Shown here: positions 46,647 to 46,665 of the stretch, one piece after another
Layout: each line of letters begins with the position of its first letter
Position numbering within the stretch: position 1 is the first letter of the stretch
Virus record (IMG/VR): IMGVR_UViG_3300017788_001560
Span: 1 to 46,665 of that record
Origin: a virus
Taxonomy: Duplodnaviria; Caudoviricetes
Direction: 5' to 3' (one strand)
DNA length: 46,665 nucleotides
The notes under the pieces: model-generated
Databases searched by the model: none
Told to the model about the DNA's origin: nothing
What the model saw: only the letters and a program-made list of their open reading frames with translations
Translations under genes and position numbers: made by a program

Positions 46647-46665
46647 TATGGGCTACATTCAACCA

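Larger units (their letters stand above)
1..46665 (+). mobile_element. Segment of a myovirus-type dsDNA bacteriophage genome (packaging, lysis, head, contractile tail, replication modules)
   Basis: Co-oriented terminase, portal, capsid, sheath, tube, baseplate and replication genes; no host housekeeping context. Confidence 0.97.

Noticed and set aside
1-46665. Stop-codon reassignment, or an eCIS/tailocin rather than a phage
   Set aside because: Long genes are intact in the standard code and all three stops are used; terminase, portal, capsid and replication genes are present
46648-46665. ATG start at the window edge (MGYIQP)
   Set aside because: Too short to support a call

Overview
The whole window is a segment of a tailed dsDNA phage genome of myovirus type (contractile tail). 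All credible genes are on the + strand, densely packed and in the standard code. Order: an accessory block (acidic repeat protein, glycosyltransferase, KTSC-like protein), large terminase, lysis genes, a separately promoted cassette with a metallophosphoesterase and a proteasome/HslV-like Thr peptidase, head genes (portal, scaffold, major capsid), neck, sheath, tube, tail chaperone, a tape measure carrying M15 and NlpC/P60 hydrolases, baseplate, and then a replication/recombination module (HTH initiator, DnaC-like loader, DnaB, primase, SNF2 helicase, SSB, PolA, RecA, two resolvase-like nucleases, Cas4-like nuclease) followed by SpoVS. Gene order and several leaderless TAnnnT promoters suggest a low-GC actinobacterial host, but this is inference. 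The most notable non-ORF signals are: (1) a minus-strand promoter and three-hairpin RNA with two identical anti-SD-like loops just upstream of the initiator, whose gene contains four 16-bp iterons and an A-rich tract; (2) a startless +1-frame ORF after the tail chaperone, implying a +1 or -2 programmed frameshift. I saw no tRNA, CRISPR array, integrase or intein. All protein calls come from motif recognition by eye, not database searches.
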